Shown piece after piece: positions 30,701-45,080 of a stretch of 64,000 nt of DNA. The position numbers were made by a program, and so were the translations under genes. Position 1 is the first letter of the stretch. Every line of letters begins with the position of its first letter. The notes under the pieces are model-generated. The model had not been told where the DNA came from, searched no databases, and saw only the letters and a program-made list of their open reading frames with translations. The DNA lies in assembly GCA_964016885.1 (NCBI GenBank), contig OZ024762.1, positions 13,888,001 to 13,952,000 of the forward strand, written 5' to 3'. The stretch is from Eledone cirrhosa. Taxonomy: Eukaryota.

Positions 30701-31292
30701 GCTTAGAATCTGGTTAGTTGAGGGGTTAGGGTGGTGGATTATGATGATGATGGTGGTGGTGGTGGTGGTGGGGGGAGTGTTTAGTGTTTGTAAGGGCTGG
30801 GTGGGGTGGTTTGGTTGTAGCAAGGATGCACCAGGCATTTCAGGGATTTCGCTTCTAGTTTCGGGTTTGTAAAATAACGATGATAATAATAATAAAAATA
30901 ATATCAATTAAAATAGAAAATATATGGTGGTGGTTCGTTCGGGATGTGAGATGGGTGGGTGGTGAGGGTGGTGTGGGTGGTGATAGTGGCGTGGGTGGTA
31001 GTGGTGGTGGGTGTGGTGTGGGTGGTAGGGGTGGTAAAGGTTCAATACTGGAAGTGGTAGAGAGGACAGAAGCTGTGTTGATAGTAGTGGTGGTGGTGGT
31101 GTTGACGGTATGTGTTTGTATGAACGTATGTGTGTGTGTGTGTGTGTGTTTGTTTGTGTGTGTGTCAGAGAGGGACACACACACAAACAGAGAGACATAT
31201 AGATATATAAAAATATAAATAGAGAAAAAGACAGAGATAGAGATATAAGAAGAGAGAGAGAGAGAGAGATAAAGACAGATTTATATATATAC

Positions 31293-31366
<74 letters not shown>

Positions 31367-31904
31367 CAGTTAAGGGTGGCTTAGATAAATATGCAGAAGA
31401 TTTTGATTGCTAAAAATCCAAAGGACGGAATGGAACTTTTAGAAGAAAAATCCCACCAAAAAATTAACAAAAACAATAATAAAAAGAAAAAAATAAGGAG
31501 TTAGGAGAAAGAGGGAATCAGTGTCAGGGAGCGGGGTAGAGATGTGGCTGGGTGGATTGGGGTATAGATAATATGGTAGGGTGGTGGGGCGCTGGCTAGG
31601 GGCGCGTGGAGCGTAGGAGAGGGGACGGCAGTTGTGTAATGCAAGAGATTCCACGGCTAAGAGACCGACATTTCACATGTGAAAGGTCCTGAAAAGGAGA
31701 GCGTCGCCATTTTTTGTATATCCATGGAATAAGTTGAGGAGGGGGAGGGATGGAAGGATAGGGCGGTGTGGGAGAAGGAGGTGGAGGAGAGGGGGGAGAG
31801 GAGGGATGAATAGAAGGGGTTGGTGGTGTAGGAGGTGATGCTGAAGGGTTACCTCACCCTTTGTGTCCCCTACCCGTTAAAACAATCGTGTCAGCAGGCA
31901 TTCA

Positions 31905-31905
31905 T

Positions 31906-32000
<95 letters not shown>

Positions 32001-32560
32001 CACACACACACAGGCACACAGGCACACACACACACACATAAACACACACACGCACACACACAGATACACACAGGCACACACAGACAGATACTCACACACA
32101 CAGACAGACAGACACACAGAAACACACACACCGACACAAGTATACATAAACATACAGACACACACAGATATGAGTATACACATACATACATACATACATA
32201 CATACATACATACATACATACATACATACGCACACACATACACACAGACTGATGGACACATACAAGTACAGACAGACATAGTCACATACACAGACACACA
32301 CAAAGAAACAAACATATACACATTCACCCACACATACACAGACATACACAACAGTCACACAAACATACTCACATACGCACACAGTCACAGTCACAAACAT
32401 ATACCTACATAGACATACACACACATACACACAAACATATACCTACATACACATACACACACATACACACAAACATATACCTACATACACATACACACAC
32501 ATACACACAAACATATACCTACATACACATACACACAAACATATACACAGACTCACACAC
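31905..32560. repeat. (CA)n/(TACA)n tract
   Basis: Direct inspection. Confidence 0.95.
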
Positions 32561-32733
32561 TTCACATTACCAGCAGGGTATACGGCGGTGTAGGGGTTTT
32601 ATCTGCAAATATCTTTGACAACATAAAATAGATTTCTCTTCATAAGCTATTTATTTATATGGCTTGTTTTAAAGGGTTTTTTGTTTTCACTTTGTAATAT
32701 ATTGTTCTTGTTATTATTATTAATAATAATAAT

Positions 32734-32914
32734 AACTGTTTCTACTTTTGGCACAAGGCCAGCAATTACCCCAGTACATTACTGGTACTTTATTTTATCG
32801 ACCCCGTAAGGATGAAAGGCAAAGTTAACCTCGGTGGGATTTGAACTCAGAATGGCAAGGACCGTAACTCTATGCGTCAAAGTATGTCGTCCAACCCTCT
32901 ACTGATACTGCCAA
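32734..32914 (-). mobile_element. tRNA-derived SINE
   Basis: A box, B box, core and tail; (AAT)n at the 3' end. Confidence 0.92.
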
Positions 32915-32924
32915 TAATAATAGT

Positions 32925-33469
32925 GATTTCATTTATTAGCCACAAGGGCCGACATGTAGGGGACAATACAAAGACAGGGACAGTGGGGGGTTTACACTAA
33001 AGTCGATTACAAGTGCATAATGGCAAGACTAATTTAACAATGAAGATATAAAAAATATAAAATAAACAATGCATAAATATAACAAAATGAATTCCCCGAT
33101 AGGGGGTGGACGACCCTGAGGTGACTCGGGTACCCCACCAATCCTGAACCACCCTGCGCTTCTAGGGCACCCAGGGAAAGCAACCCTCTCCTCAAGTTAG
33201 ATAGCCTATATTCTCGCCACATTCATCCACCTTTTAGCAAATGTACTGGGGGAGGGGGAAGCACGTGTCTCTCCACCCCCATCTTCCTTTCCAGGTGAAA
33301 CTTGAAGAAGTTGATGAGGGATTGGCCGAAGAGAAAAGTGTCTGTCTTCAGTCCTTTTAATCTGGTCCACCATATAACCTCTTTCGCAACGGCCACCAGA
33401 CAGAGGAAAGTTTCCTGCTCTTCCTGACCTAAGGAAGGCGGCGGGTCGATCTTCACTATGGACTCGGCC
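32925..33469 (-). mobile_element. 5'-truncated Tx1/L1-like LINE 3' end
   Basis: Minus-strand 33469-33206 reads AESIVKIDPPP...VAVAKEVIWWTRLKGL...INFFKFHLERKMGVERHVL/STFAKRWMNVARI* with one frameshift, resembling Tx1 ORF2 C-termini; 3' UTR ends ggcccttgtggctaataaatgaaatc plus (ATT)n. Confidence 0.7.
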
Positions 33470-33500
<31 letters not shown>

Positions 33501-33680
33501 GTACTAATGGGAACTGCCCATATACTAAGGAAGATTCTGTCAACATAAGTACATCCCAGATGCATGTTTGTGTATGTATGTTCTTTCTTGAACATGGCGG
33601 ACCTTGTTGTCTCTTGAGGTCACTGGTTGTGACTTGGTGATAACTTGTATGAATATAAAGCAAGATAAATGCAACTATAA
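33501..33680 (+). mobile_element. 5'-truncated R4/Dong-like LINE 3' end
   Basis: 33501-33548 encodes VLMGTAHILRKILST*, matching the GTAHILR C-terminus I recall for R4/Dong ORFs; 3' UTR follows; (TAA)n on both sides. Confidence 0.75.
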
Positions 33681-33687
33681 TAATAAT

Positions 33688-34133
33688 AATTGTTTCTACG
33701 TTAGGCACAAGGTCAGCAAATATCAGTGTATTACTGGTACTTTATTTTATCGACCCCGTAAGGATGAAAAGCAAAGTTAACCTCGGCGGGATTTCAACTG
33801 AGACCGTAAAGGGACGTAACTATGCTGGAAAAGCATGGCGTCCGACTTTCTACCGATATTGTCAATCTACCAACTAACCAATAATAATAATTGTTTCTAC
33901 TTTTGGCACAAGGCCAGCAATTTGGGGGGAGGGGGAAGTCTATTAAATCGACCCAGTACATTACTGGTACTTTATTTTTAAGTTAACCTTGGTGGGATTT
34001 GAACTCAGAACGTAAAGGCTCGTAGCTCCATGGCGTCCAACCTCATAACGATAGTGTCAATCCACCGCCCCCCCCCCCCCAATAATAATAAGAACAAGAA
34101 TAATTGTTTCTACTATAGGCACAAGACCAGTAA
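33688..34133 (-). mobile_element. SINE cluster (33688-33871, 33889-34070, tail fragment near 34100-34133)
   Basis: Repeated tail, core and B-box motifs separated by (AAT)n. Confidence 0.9.
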
Positions 34134-34150
34134 TTATGTATGCATACATT

Positions 34151-34183
<33 letters not shown>

Positions 34184-34205
34184 GTAAATGTATGCATATA
34201 TTTAC

Positions 34206-34275
<70 letters not shown>

Positions 34276-34311
34276 GTAAATGTATGCATACATTTACATA
34301 TATATATATAT

Positions 34312-34350
<39 letters not shown>

Positions 34351-34355
<5 letters not shown>

Positions 34356-34491
34356 AACGAGTAGGACCCCGACGGCTGAGCTCAAGCCGTTTCGACGGCT
34401 AATTCTGGACTTTGCGTCCAGAATTAGCCATTGAAACGGCTTGAGCTCAGCCGTCGGGGTCCATCTGGTTCCTTACCACATTTCCTTCGTT
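34351..34491. mobile_element. Palindromic element (family C), internally deleted tail
   Basis: Arms 34364-34410 and 34416-34462, loop tttgc; tail joined at a GGTC microhomology relative to the 25965 copy. Confidence 0.8.
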
Positions 34492-34593
34492 ATATATATG
34501 TATATATATGTCTATGTGTATTATATAACAATTTATGAACGTGTAGACAAATGCTGTGACAAACACACACGCACATAAATATATACACACATA

Positions 34594-34629
<36 letters not shown>

Positions 34630-34639
34630 TGTATGTATG

Positions 34640-34671
<32 letters not shown>

Positions 34672-34789
34672 CATATATTGATTATTAGAAATAATCAATA
34701 TATGTAGACGAAGAGACTTCATTCTATCTGTCGCAGACATCAATATTCCTCGATTCTTTGTTCTTTATCTCATAATCTCCCTTTCTCTC

Positions 34790-35880
34790 TCTCACCCCAC
34801 CCTGTCATTACGTCTCCTCTCTTTCTCCTCTCCCTCCTCTTGCTCCTCTCTCTCTCCTCTCTTTCATCTCTCTCCTATCTCCTCCTCTCTCACTCACCCC
34901 ACCCTCACATTAACTCTCCTCTCTTTCTCCTCTCCCTCCTCTTGCTCCTCTCTCTCTCCTCTCTTTCACCTCTCCTATATCCCCCCCTCTCTCTCACCCC
35001 ACCCTGTCATTAACTCTCCTCTCTTTCTCCTCTCCCTCCTCTTGCTCCTCTCTCTCTTTCCTCTCTCTCCAATCACCCCCTCTCTCTCTCCCTCACCCCA
35101 CCCTGTCATTAACTCTCCTCTCTTTCTCCTCTCTCTCTCCTATTTCTCCTCTCTCTCTCCTCTCTTTCTCCTCTCTCTCTCCTCTCTTTCTCCTCTCTTT
35201 CCTCTCTCTTTTATCTCCCCCTCTCTCACTCACCCCACCCTCACATTAACTCACCTCTCTTTCTCCTCTCCCTCCTCTTGCTCCTCTCTCTCCTATCTCC
35301 CCCTCTCTCACTCACCCCACCCTCACATTAACTCCTCTCCCTCCTCTTGCTCCTCTCTCTCCTCTCTTTCCTCTCTCATATCCCCCCTCTCTCTCACACC
35401 ACCCTGTCATTAACTCTCCTCTCTTTCTCCTCTCCCTCCTTTTGCACCTCTCTCTCTCCTCTCTTTCCTCACTCCCCTACCTCCCTCTCTCCCTCTCTCT
35501 CACCCCACCCTGTCATTAACTCTCCTCTCTTTCTCCTCTCTTTCTCCTCTCTCTCTCCTATTTCTCCTCTCTCTCTCCTCTCCTCTCTCTCTCTCCTATC
35601 TCCCCTCTCTCACTCATCCCACCCTGTCATTAACTCTCCTCTCTTTCTCCTCTCTTTCCTCTCCCTTTTATCTCCCCCCTCTCTCTCTCACCCCACCCTG
35701 TCATTAACTCTCCTCTCTTTCTCCTCTCCCTCCTCTTGCTCCTCTCTCCTCTCTTTCCTCTCTCTCCTATCCCCCCCCTCTCTCTCTCACCCCACCCTGT
35801 CATTAACTCTCCTCTCTTTCTCCTCTCCTTCCTATCTCCCCCTCTCTCACTCACCCCACCCTCACATTAACTCTCCTCTA
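34790..35880. repeat. Pyrimidine-rich minisatellite, variable unit
   Basis: caccccaccctgtcattaactctcctctc recurs more than 10 times. Confidence 0.9.
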
Positions 35881-37704
35881 GTCATTAAGCAAATCACAGT
35901 TATTTTAATTGTCGTGGCTCGAAAACTACTATACATTTCTTTACCAATACCCAAAACGAGGTCTTTCCCAGCCCCACACTCCCTCCCTACTACCCCCACT
36001 GCCTCCCCACAACCCCTACCCTTCTTACCCCTACACCTCTGACCCCTACCCCCGCACCACTCATTCTACCCCCCCCCCCATCCTTACAACTATCTCCCTA
36101 TATCTTTCCCCTATCCCTACACCTACCTCTTTCCCTATTCTAACCCTACATCTCTCCTTTCCCCCTACACAAGGCGCGATCCGATTCACCACCACTCCAC
36201 CGCCCTTTCTCCCCCACTACCCTACCCCACCCCACCCCAACCTACCCTAAATGCAGTTCAGGATTCCCTCTTCCATCTCCCCCAATCCTCCTTCTCCCCT
36301 CCCAATGCTCTAACACCCACCACCACCACCACCACTACGACACCCCCACCCCAACCCACCCGCCCCGCCATTCCCGATTGTCCTCTCCCTTCTAATCTAG
36401 CTTACAGTGACGTCATTCTATCGTCATAACCGGATGTCGTGAAAACCATTATCGTCTTGTCTGATAGCCACTTCCCCCTCACGCCGTTCCATCTATAACT
36501 ACGCCATGTTAAATCCCACACATATACATATTGATAAATACAGGCGCAGACACACACACACACACACACAGACACAGACACACATACACACAAAGATACA
36601 TACACATATACACAGAGACAGACATACACTGACAGTGAAACAGATGCATATATACACAAACAAACACACACAAACACAGACAAACATATTCACACAGACA
36701 CAAATAGAGAGAGAGAGACAGACGATACATACACACACACTCATACAGCACAACAATATATACCAACATACCACATACATACACAATACACAAGGCCAAC
36801 AAACACACACACATGGTACCCCCTCCCCACACACACACACGGTACCCCTCCACCCACACAGGGTACCCACGTACATACTCCAACTTAACTGTATCTGGTT
36901 AACAATTAATTTTATGTTTACTACATATTTTACAATAATCTAGTAAAAATATTTAAATATATTTGAATAAACAAACCCATGAAAGCACATTAACAAACAT
37001 TCTAGAAAAACAACCCTCTACTTCCTTCCAAATCAGCTCTAAAACTGGAATACAATAAAAATTAGTCTTTTCTCCAAGTTTGCAAATTGTTACAATGGTT
37101 TGTCCATTTGTATAGATACTATAAATATTTTAGTAAACAACCCCCATGAAACCACATTAGCAAAATATATTTGAAAACTAAAAGAATAACACATCTTTAC
37201 GACAGTTATATTTGAGGTGGGTCATGTTGTTTTATTATTGCCAGAAAAATATAGTAAAAAACACTCATTGTTTGGTTTAGTTTTCGCTTCAGTATATCTT
37301 TATATTTTTAGAAATAATTCAGTTGATAATCAATATTTATCATAGATTGACCAACAGTAAAAAATATAAATATAGATATAGTTTAATACTAAGGGTTTCT
37401 GCAACCTAATAATTGTTTTTACTTTTTCCACAAGGGCAGCAATTATTCCAGCGCATTACTGGTACTTTATTTTATCGACCCTGTAAGGATGAAAGGCTAA
37501 GTTTACCTCGGCAGGATTTAAAATCAGACCAGAAATGAGCGTAACTCTATACTGCAAAGCATGGCGTCAGACCCTCTACCGACATTGTCTAACAACAACA
37601 ACAACAACAAAATAATAATAATAATTGTTTCTACTTTTGGCACAAGGCCAGCAATTACCCAAAACATTACTGGTACTTTATTATATCGAATAATAATAAT
37701 AATA

Positions 37705-37802
37705 ACATGTTCTTTCTTATACATGGCGGACCTTGTTGTGAGGTAACTGGTTGTGACTTGGTGATATCTCGTATGAACATAAAGCAAGATAAATGCAACT
37801 GT
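37705..37802 (+). mobile_element. R4/Dong-like 3' UTR fragment
   Basis: Homologous to 33578-33677; (TAA)n on both sides. Confidence 0.7.
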
Positions 37803-37960
37803 AATAATAATAATAATAATTGTTTCTACTCTTCGTACAAGGCCATCAATTAACCAGTGCATTACTGGTACTTTATTTTATCGACCCCGTAAGGATGAAA
37901 GGCAAAGTTAACCTCGGCGGGATTTGAACTCAGATAAATAATAATAATAATAATAATGAT

Positions 37961-37993
37961 GATTTCATTTATTAGCCACAGGGCCGACATGTA
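37961..37993 (-). mobile_element. Extreme 3' tip of the Tx1-like LINE
   Basis: gatttcatttattagccacagggccgacatgta matches 32925-32958. Confidence 0.7.
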
Positions 37994-38778
37994 AAAATAA
38001 TAATAATAATAATAATAATAATTGTTTCTACTTTTGGCACAAGGCCAGCAAATACTCAGTGTATTACTGGTAGTTTATTTTATCGACCCCCGTAGGCCAG
38101 CAATTTTGATGGAGCGGAAAGTCGATTATATCGACCTCATTGTGTGACTGGTACTTTATTTTATCGACCCCGTAAGGATGAAAAGCAAAGTTAACCTTCG
38201 CCAGATTTGAACTCAGAACATAAAGGGCCATAACTCTATGCTGCAAAGCATAATGTCTGACTCTCCACCGATACTGCTTAACCCTAATAATAATAGTTTC
38301 TGTGCTCTAATAAGATATTAATAATAATAATAATTGTTTCTACTTTTGGCACAAGTCCAGCAATTAATCCAGTGCATTACTGGTACTTTATTTTATCTAC
38401 CCCGTAAGATGAACGGCAAAGTTAACCTCGGCGGGATTTGAACTCAGAATGGCAAGGGCCGTAACTCTATACGTCAAAGCATGGCATCCAACCCTCTTCT
38501 GCCAATTCTGCCCTTAATAATAATAATAATAATGATATTAATAATGATAACATATGGTGTATACACAATGATCTAAGTTTAATCTTTCTGTGTAAATGTA
38601 TGTTTCCGACATGACCCCCTAGAGGGCGGAGTGGAGTAGATTGGGGGGGGGGGGACCACGTGGTTCTGACAAGATTACGTTACTGTGTCGACACGACTTC
38701 ACTTCTGTTTAGTATGACATATCATTTCTTCCATACTGTTTATCTGTGTCTCTATACATATACACACACTCATGTGTG

Positions 38779-38834
<56 letters not shown>

Positions 38835-39137
38835 TACTTACATACACACGCACACACACATATATATATATGTATATATACATATATGTATATATATATG
38901 AAATATATATGTGTGTATATATGTATATATATATGTGTATATATATGTATATATACATATATGTTTATATATATATGTGTATATATATGTATATATACAT
39001 ATATGTTTATATATATATGTGTATATATATGTATATATACATATATGTTTATATATATATATGTATATATAAATGTTTATATATATATATGTATATATAT
39101 ATGTGTGTGTATGTAGATACATATATATATATATATT

Positions 39138-39168
<31 letters not shown>

Positions 39169-39203
39169 TATATGTAAATATATATATATATGTATATTAT
39201 ATG

Positions 39204-39247
<44 letters not shown>

Positions 39248-39340
39248 CATAATCTGTAAATTAATTACATATTATCCAGTAATTTACACATCAAAAGATA
39301 GCCTACTCTCCCACGGGACACGAACAGTCAAAATGAATGA

Positions 39341-39406
<66 letters not shown>

Positions 39407-39966
39407 AGGCATCTTCGGCTTGTGTTCTTTAATAAGCTCTAGCAGTACCGCAGCATAATTACGAAAAAAAGTGCATATGAACCCAAATACAATTGGTACA
39501 TATGTATTTAGTCTTGTCGTAATCTGTTTAAACTTACTGATTATATCACGGTTAAATCAGCAACTAGCATAGTAAGGTGATGGATGCTTGGTGTTCGCGG
39601 CTTTTACGGCACTTACTTACGTATAGATGCTTAGATAATTGAGAACATATATTCTTACAGATTTGAGAACGATCAGCCACGTGGAGACTTATTTTTTTAT
39701 TATACTTAAGAAAGTTGGTGGTTATAGTAACGCATCTTATATTTTACTTCAGTCATTTCGGTGCGGTTTTGACGTTGCTGGTGTTTTTTACATTTAACTT
39801 TTAAATGGTCAATTTGTTGAATAACAACATTGAACTATCTGCTCATATATTAGGTGTAGGTATGTCGCCAAGATCATATTTCTTTCAAATATAGTTTTGA
39901 ACAGTAAGGAATGCAGACACACCACATTGAGTGCTTTGTCTCCTTGTATATATATATTACATAAAC

Positions 39967-40035
<69 letters not shown>

Positions 40036-40180
40036 CAACAGTGACGTAAACAGGTACTCAAGTTTCGTTCTAGGTTCTGGGCCCTAATTTCTTCAGCTTG
40101 TCATGAGAAATGTATACTAAACTCGTCCTATGGACTGACTGCTCTTACTCTTGGATATTTCCACTTAACTTTTACTTCAG

Positions 40181-40340
<160 letters not shown>

Positions 40341-40469
40341 TCCCGGGTTCAGTCGAAGGTAACAGCAATAAGTAAGGTACTCAATACATTAGTGGAGTAT
40401 ATACAACACAATTTATTAGAGAAATGGCTTATAGAAGTGCGTAGATACAACAGCATTATAATGCAAGTG

Positions 40470-40518
40470 GGCTTTCCTGATGATTTCCTTCGAAAGAAAC
40501 AGTTCTAGTCCTGTAGAA

Positions 40519-40521
<3 letters not shown>
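40470..40521 (+). ncRNA. Type I hammerhead ribozyme, intact core (family B)
   Basis: ggctttc-CTGATGA-tttc cttc gaaa-GAAA-cag ttctagtc ctg-TA/gaagcc; lies in element 40340-40522, homologous to 20535-20720. Confidence 0.85.
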
Positions 40522-40555
<34 letters not shown>

Positions 40556-40593
40556 CCAAGGAGTGTAATTTCATTTTTCCATTACCATTGTAA

Positions 40594-40690
40594 GAGTTCT
40601 AACGAGCCGCGGATTATAGAGTCGGGATAGATCGATACAGATGGAACCTTGAGCTGGTCAGTGGCGAAACGCGCGTCACCAACCAATAAA
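40594..40690 (+). ncRNA. Decayed minimal hammerhead with long loop II
   Basis: CTAACGA (G5->A)-gccgc...gtggc-GAAAC gcgc GTC, followed by aataaa. Confidence 0.55.
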
Positions 40691-42210
40691 CGTAATGAAG
40701 GAGTAACCAATCTTCCATGTTATTTTATTTCACTATGTATGTGTGTGTCTGTGTGTGTGTCTGTTATGAAGTGGTCTTAAAACGTGAATGAACTAAATTA
40801 AACATCAATAACAGAAGAGTATAAAAACGATTAAATTCGAGTGTAGTCATGTCTTAAATAAAAATCGATAGTATACATATATGTGTGTATATATGTGTGT
40901 GTATGTATGTGTGTGTATATATGTGTGCGTTGGTATATATGTGTGTATAGATATGTGTGTGTGTCTGTATATGTGTGTGTATATATATGTGTGTATATAT
41001 GTGTATATATATATGTGTGTTGGTGTATATATATATATATACACCAACACACATATAAATATACACATATATACACACATATATATAAACGTATATGTAT
41101 GTATAGTTAACCCACTTACAAAATGGCAGTTCTTTTTATTAAGTATTCGTAAAGTTTATAAAATAGATTTAGTTATTTTTATACAATACACCTGTCTGTT
41201 GTGTTTTGTTGTTGCTGTTGTTGTAGTAGATGTTATAGTTGGTGTTTATGTTGTTGTTGTAGATGTTATAGTTGTTGTTACTGTTGTTGTTATAACTATA
41301 GCATTGTTACCGTTGTTTGTGTGTTTAACACCGTAGACCACCTACACCTTTATTCTTCTTCTTCTTCTTACTTGCAATCTTCCTTGTTGTCCTAGTAGTA
41401 GTAATAGTAGCAGTAGTAGTAGTAGCAGTAGTAGTAGTAGTAGTAGCAGTAGTAGTAGTAGTAGTAGCAGCATTAGTAGTTGTTGTTGTTGTTGTTGCCT
41501 TTGACGTTGTGTTAGTTGTAAGAAGAAGACAAATGTCAAGAAGAAGAAGAAGGAGGCAAAAAAAAGAAGGCAAAGAAGAAGAAAAAGAAGACTAATAAGA
41601 AGGCGAAGAAGGCAAAGAAGAAGAAGCAGAAGAAGAAAAAGAAGACGAATTTCAAGAAGAAGAAGTCGAAGGTGAAGAAGAAGACGAATTTCAAGAAGAA
41701 GAAGACGAAGCAGAAGAAGAAGAAAAATAAGAAAGCGAAGAAGAAGAAGATATTTTTATATTCTTGTAGAGTTAATGTTTGTTGATGTTTATTTTTGTAA
41801 TCTTTAGGTTTTTTTTCAAGATTTACTATTCTCAAAGGACGCCATCTTGGCTCATTGGTCAGGTGATGAGTATTCTGTGGAGAAAGACTCTATAATTGGA
41901 TTCTAATGGCTTTTTACGATGTCGATGTCTATGGAGAAATATACACCCCCCCACCACCGCCACCAACACCGACACCACCATCATTATATATTTTCGAATA
42001 GCATTATTTGTATGTGTGTGTGTCTGTGTTTGTGAATGATTGTGTATGTATGTATGTATGTGTGTGTGTGTGTGTATATATATTATATTATATATATATA
42101 ATATATATATAAGTATATAAGTATATTTCTATACTTTCATTTATAATATATATATATATACATATATACTATATACTTATATATATATATGTATATATAT
42201 ACTATATACT

Positions 42211-42242
<32 letters not shown>

Positions 42243-42268
42243 CATTATATATATAAATATATATATAT

Positions 42269-42555
<287 letters not shown>

Positions 42556-42822
42556 GCATATATATATGTGTGTGTGTGTCTGTGTGTATACCATATAAAG
42601 AACATATACACCCGCTTGTCAGTGTGTGTATATGTATGTAGATCTATAAACCTAAACTTAAGAATCTGGCCATTTTTCTTTTTTTTACATTTTCTTGTCT
42701 GTCGCCCATAAACCATTTTAATACGTCTTGAATTACCGATTATTAAAGCCTCGTCAGAGATAGTTCAGTTCTGTCCACAGAGAGTATATTAATCGATAGA
42801 TATATATACTGATAGATCACAC

Positions 42823-43240
42823 AAGGCGATCAGTTCGTAGATTCTTTAGACCGTCTGATAGAATGTTTTGCAGTAATGGCTCCCGCTCTCTGATCTCTAT
42901 GAGTTCAAATCCCGCTGAGGTCAACTTTGTCTTTCATAGTGCTAATACCCTCTGGTGGTGTCCCGTAGCTATGTAAACACCGGGGGTGCTAACGCCCTCT
43001 GGTGGTGTCCAGCAGAAGCAAGGGGGTAAACCGTCTATGCATTTCAGGCTATACATATTGTATAAAGCTATGCTGGAAGCGAAATCTTACTTCTTATATA
43101 TGCTGTTGTTATACAAGTTAGCGTTGCCTTTGATCCTTACTGGGAAGATAAAATAAAGTACCAGTAATGTACTGTGGTGGATTTAATCGGCCCCCCCCCC
43201 CCCCCAATTGCTGGCCTTGTGCCTATAGTAGAAATCATTA
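42823..43240 (+). mobile_element. Old SINE split by about 180 bp of other sequence
   Basis: 5' part with B box at 42823-42937; core and tail at 43118-43240. Confidence 0.65.
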
Positions 43241-43537
43241 TTGTTGTTGTTGTTATTTGCGTGGTTGTTGTTGCTGCTGTTGTTATTGCTGTTGTTAACT
43301 TTAAGGTAGCTGCTGCTGCTGATGGTGTGCTGCTGCGGTTGTTGTTGTTTATTGCTGTTATTGTAGTTGCTGTTGTTGTGATTGTTATTGTTGTTGTTGT
43401 TGTTGTCGTTGTGGTTGTTGTGGTTGTTGTTGCTGCTGCTGTTGTTATTACTTTTGTTGTTGTTGTTGTTATTTTTGCTGTTGTTGCTGTTGTTGTTGTT
43501 GTTGTTGTTATTGTTGCTGTTGTTGTTGTTATTGTGC

Positions 43538-43568
<31 letters not shown>

Positions 43569-44923
43569 GCTGTTGTTAAAGATACTGTTGTTGTTGTTGT
43601 TGTCGTTATTGTTGTGCTACCTTTGAGAATGAATGCCACAATACATATTTTTACCATTACTGTTGTTGTGGTTGTTGTTGTTGTTGTTGTTGCTGTTGGG
43701 ATGTCAGAATTCATACTAAGGCAAATATATTATTGAATCACCGGAAGTTGTTGAAGAAATTCCGTGCTTCGGAGCAATTATTTATGGGAGAAGGAAGTGA
43801 GACAAAATGTTGGATGTTGTTGTTGTTGGTGTTGTTGTTGATGTTGTTGGTGGTGGTGTTGTTGTTGATAATTATTAGGATCTCGGCGACCAAGGAGTTG
43901 ATGTTGATGATTATGATGATGATGGTGTGTGGTGGTGGCGGTGGTTCTGATGGTGGTGGTAGTGATGATGGGAGTGGTGATGATGGTGATAGTGATGGTA
44001 GTGATGTTGCCGATGATGATGATGATGGTGATAATGATGACGATGATGATGATAGCAGTGGTGGTGGTGGTGGCGGTGGTGGTGCTGGTGGTGGTTGTGA
44101 TGATGATGATGATAGTGATGATGGGAGTGGTGGAGGTTGCGGTGTGGTGGTGATGATGATGGTGGTGCTGGTGCTGGTGGTGGCGTTGGTGGTGCTGGTA
44201 GTGGTGGTGGTGATGATGATTTTGATGGAGTTGGTATGTGTTTTATGATGATGATGACGATGGTACTGATGATGATGGTGATGTTAGTGATGGTGTCGAT
44301 GGCGATAGATATGAGGAATGGTGCCATCGATGATGATGATGATGATGCCGACATACCCCCCCCCCTTTCCCAGCCTCTCCAAAATACAAGACATTAGTTT
44401 GTGTTTAACAGAGATTTGAAACCTTGATATGCAAATGTTACAGGCCACTGACTCGACCTTGATAAAACAGCCTGTGTTTGAGTGTGAGTGCAGCGGTAGT
44501 GGTAGTAGTAGTGGTGGTAGTAGTAGCAGTGGTACTACTACTACTACTACTACTACTATTGGTAAATAATTACTACTACTACTACTACTACTACTACAAC
44601 TACTCCTACTACCACCACTACTACTACTACTACAACTGCTGCTACTACTACTACTAATACTACTACTATTGCTATCGCTACTACTACTACTACTGCTACT
44701 ACTACTATTGCTATTGCTACTATTCCTACTACTACTACTACTACTACTACTGCTATTGTTACTACTAATACTCCTACTACTACTACTACTATTACTACTA
44801 CAACTGCTGCTGCTACTACTACTACTACTACTACTATTGCTATTGCTACTACTACTACTGCTACTACTACTATTGTTATTGCTACTACTACTACTACTAT
44901 TGCTATTGCTACTACTAATACTC

Positions 44924-44968
<45 letters not shown>

Positions 44969-45005
44969 TTACTACTACTACTACTATTACTACTACTACT
45001 ACTAT

Positions 45006-45040
<35 letters not shown>

Positions 45041-45080
45041 TCACTACTACTACTACTATTACTACTACTACTACTACTAC
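43240..45080. repeat. (GTT)n, (GAT/GGT)n and (ACT)n tracts
   Basis: Trinucleotide-derived; poly-V/L/S ORFs are artefacts. Confidence 0.92.

Larger units (their letters stand above)
37411..38513 (-). mobile_element. Dense SINE cluster (37411-37589, 37623-37689, 37818-37934, 38020-38093, 38094-38278, 38332-38513)
   Basis: Six same-orientation copies or fragments, mostly separated by (AAT)n. Confidence 0.9.

Noticed and set aside
41533-41675. Protamine-like Arg-rich reading (MSRRRRRRQ.../RQRRRKRRLIRRRR...)
   Set aside because: It needs a frameshift in an A8 run, and any degenerate (AAG)n tract gives poly-Arg in one frame.
44400-44490. Possible exon (tttaacag...gtgagt)
   Set aside because: There are stop codons in all three frames.
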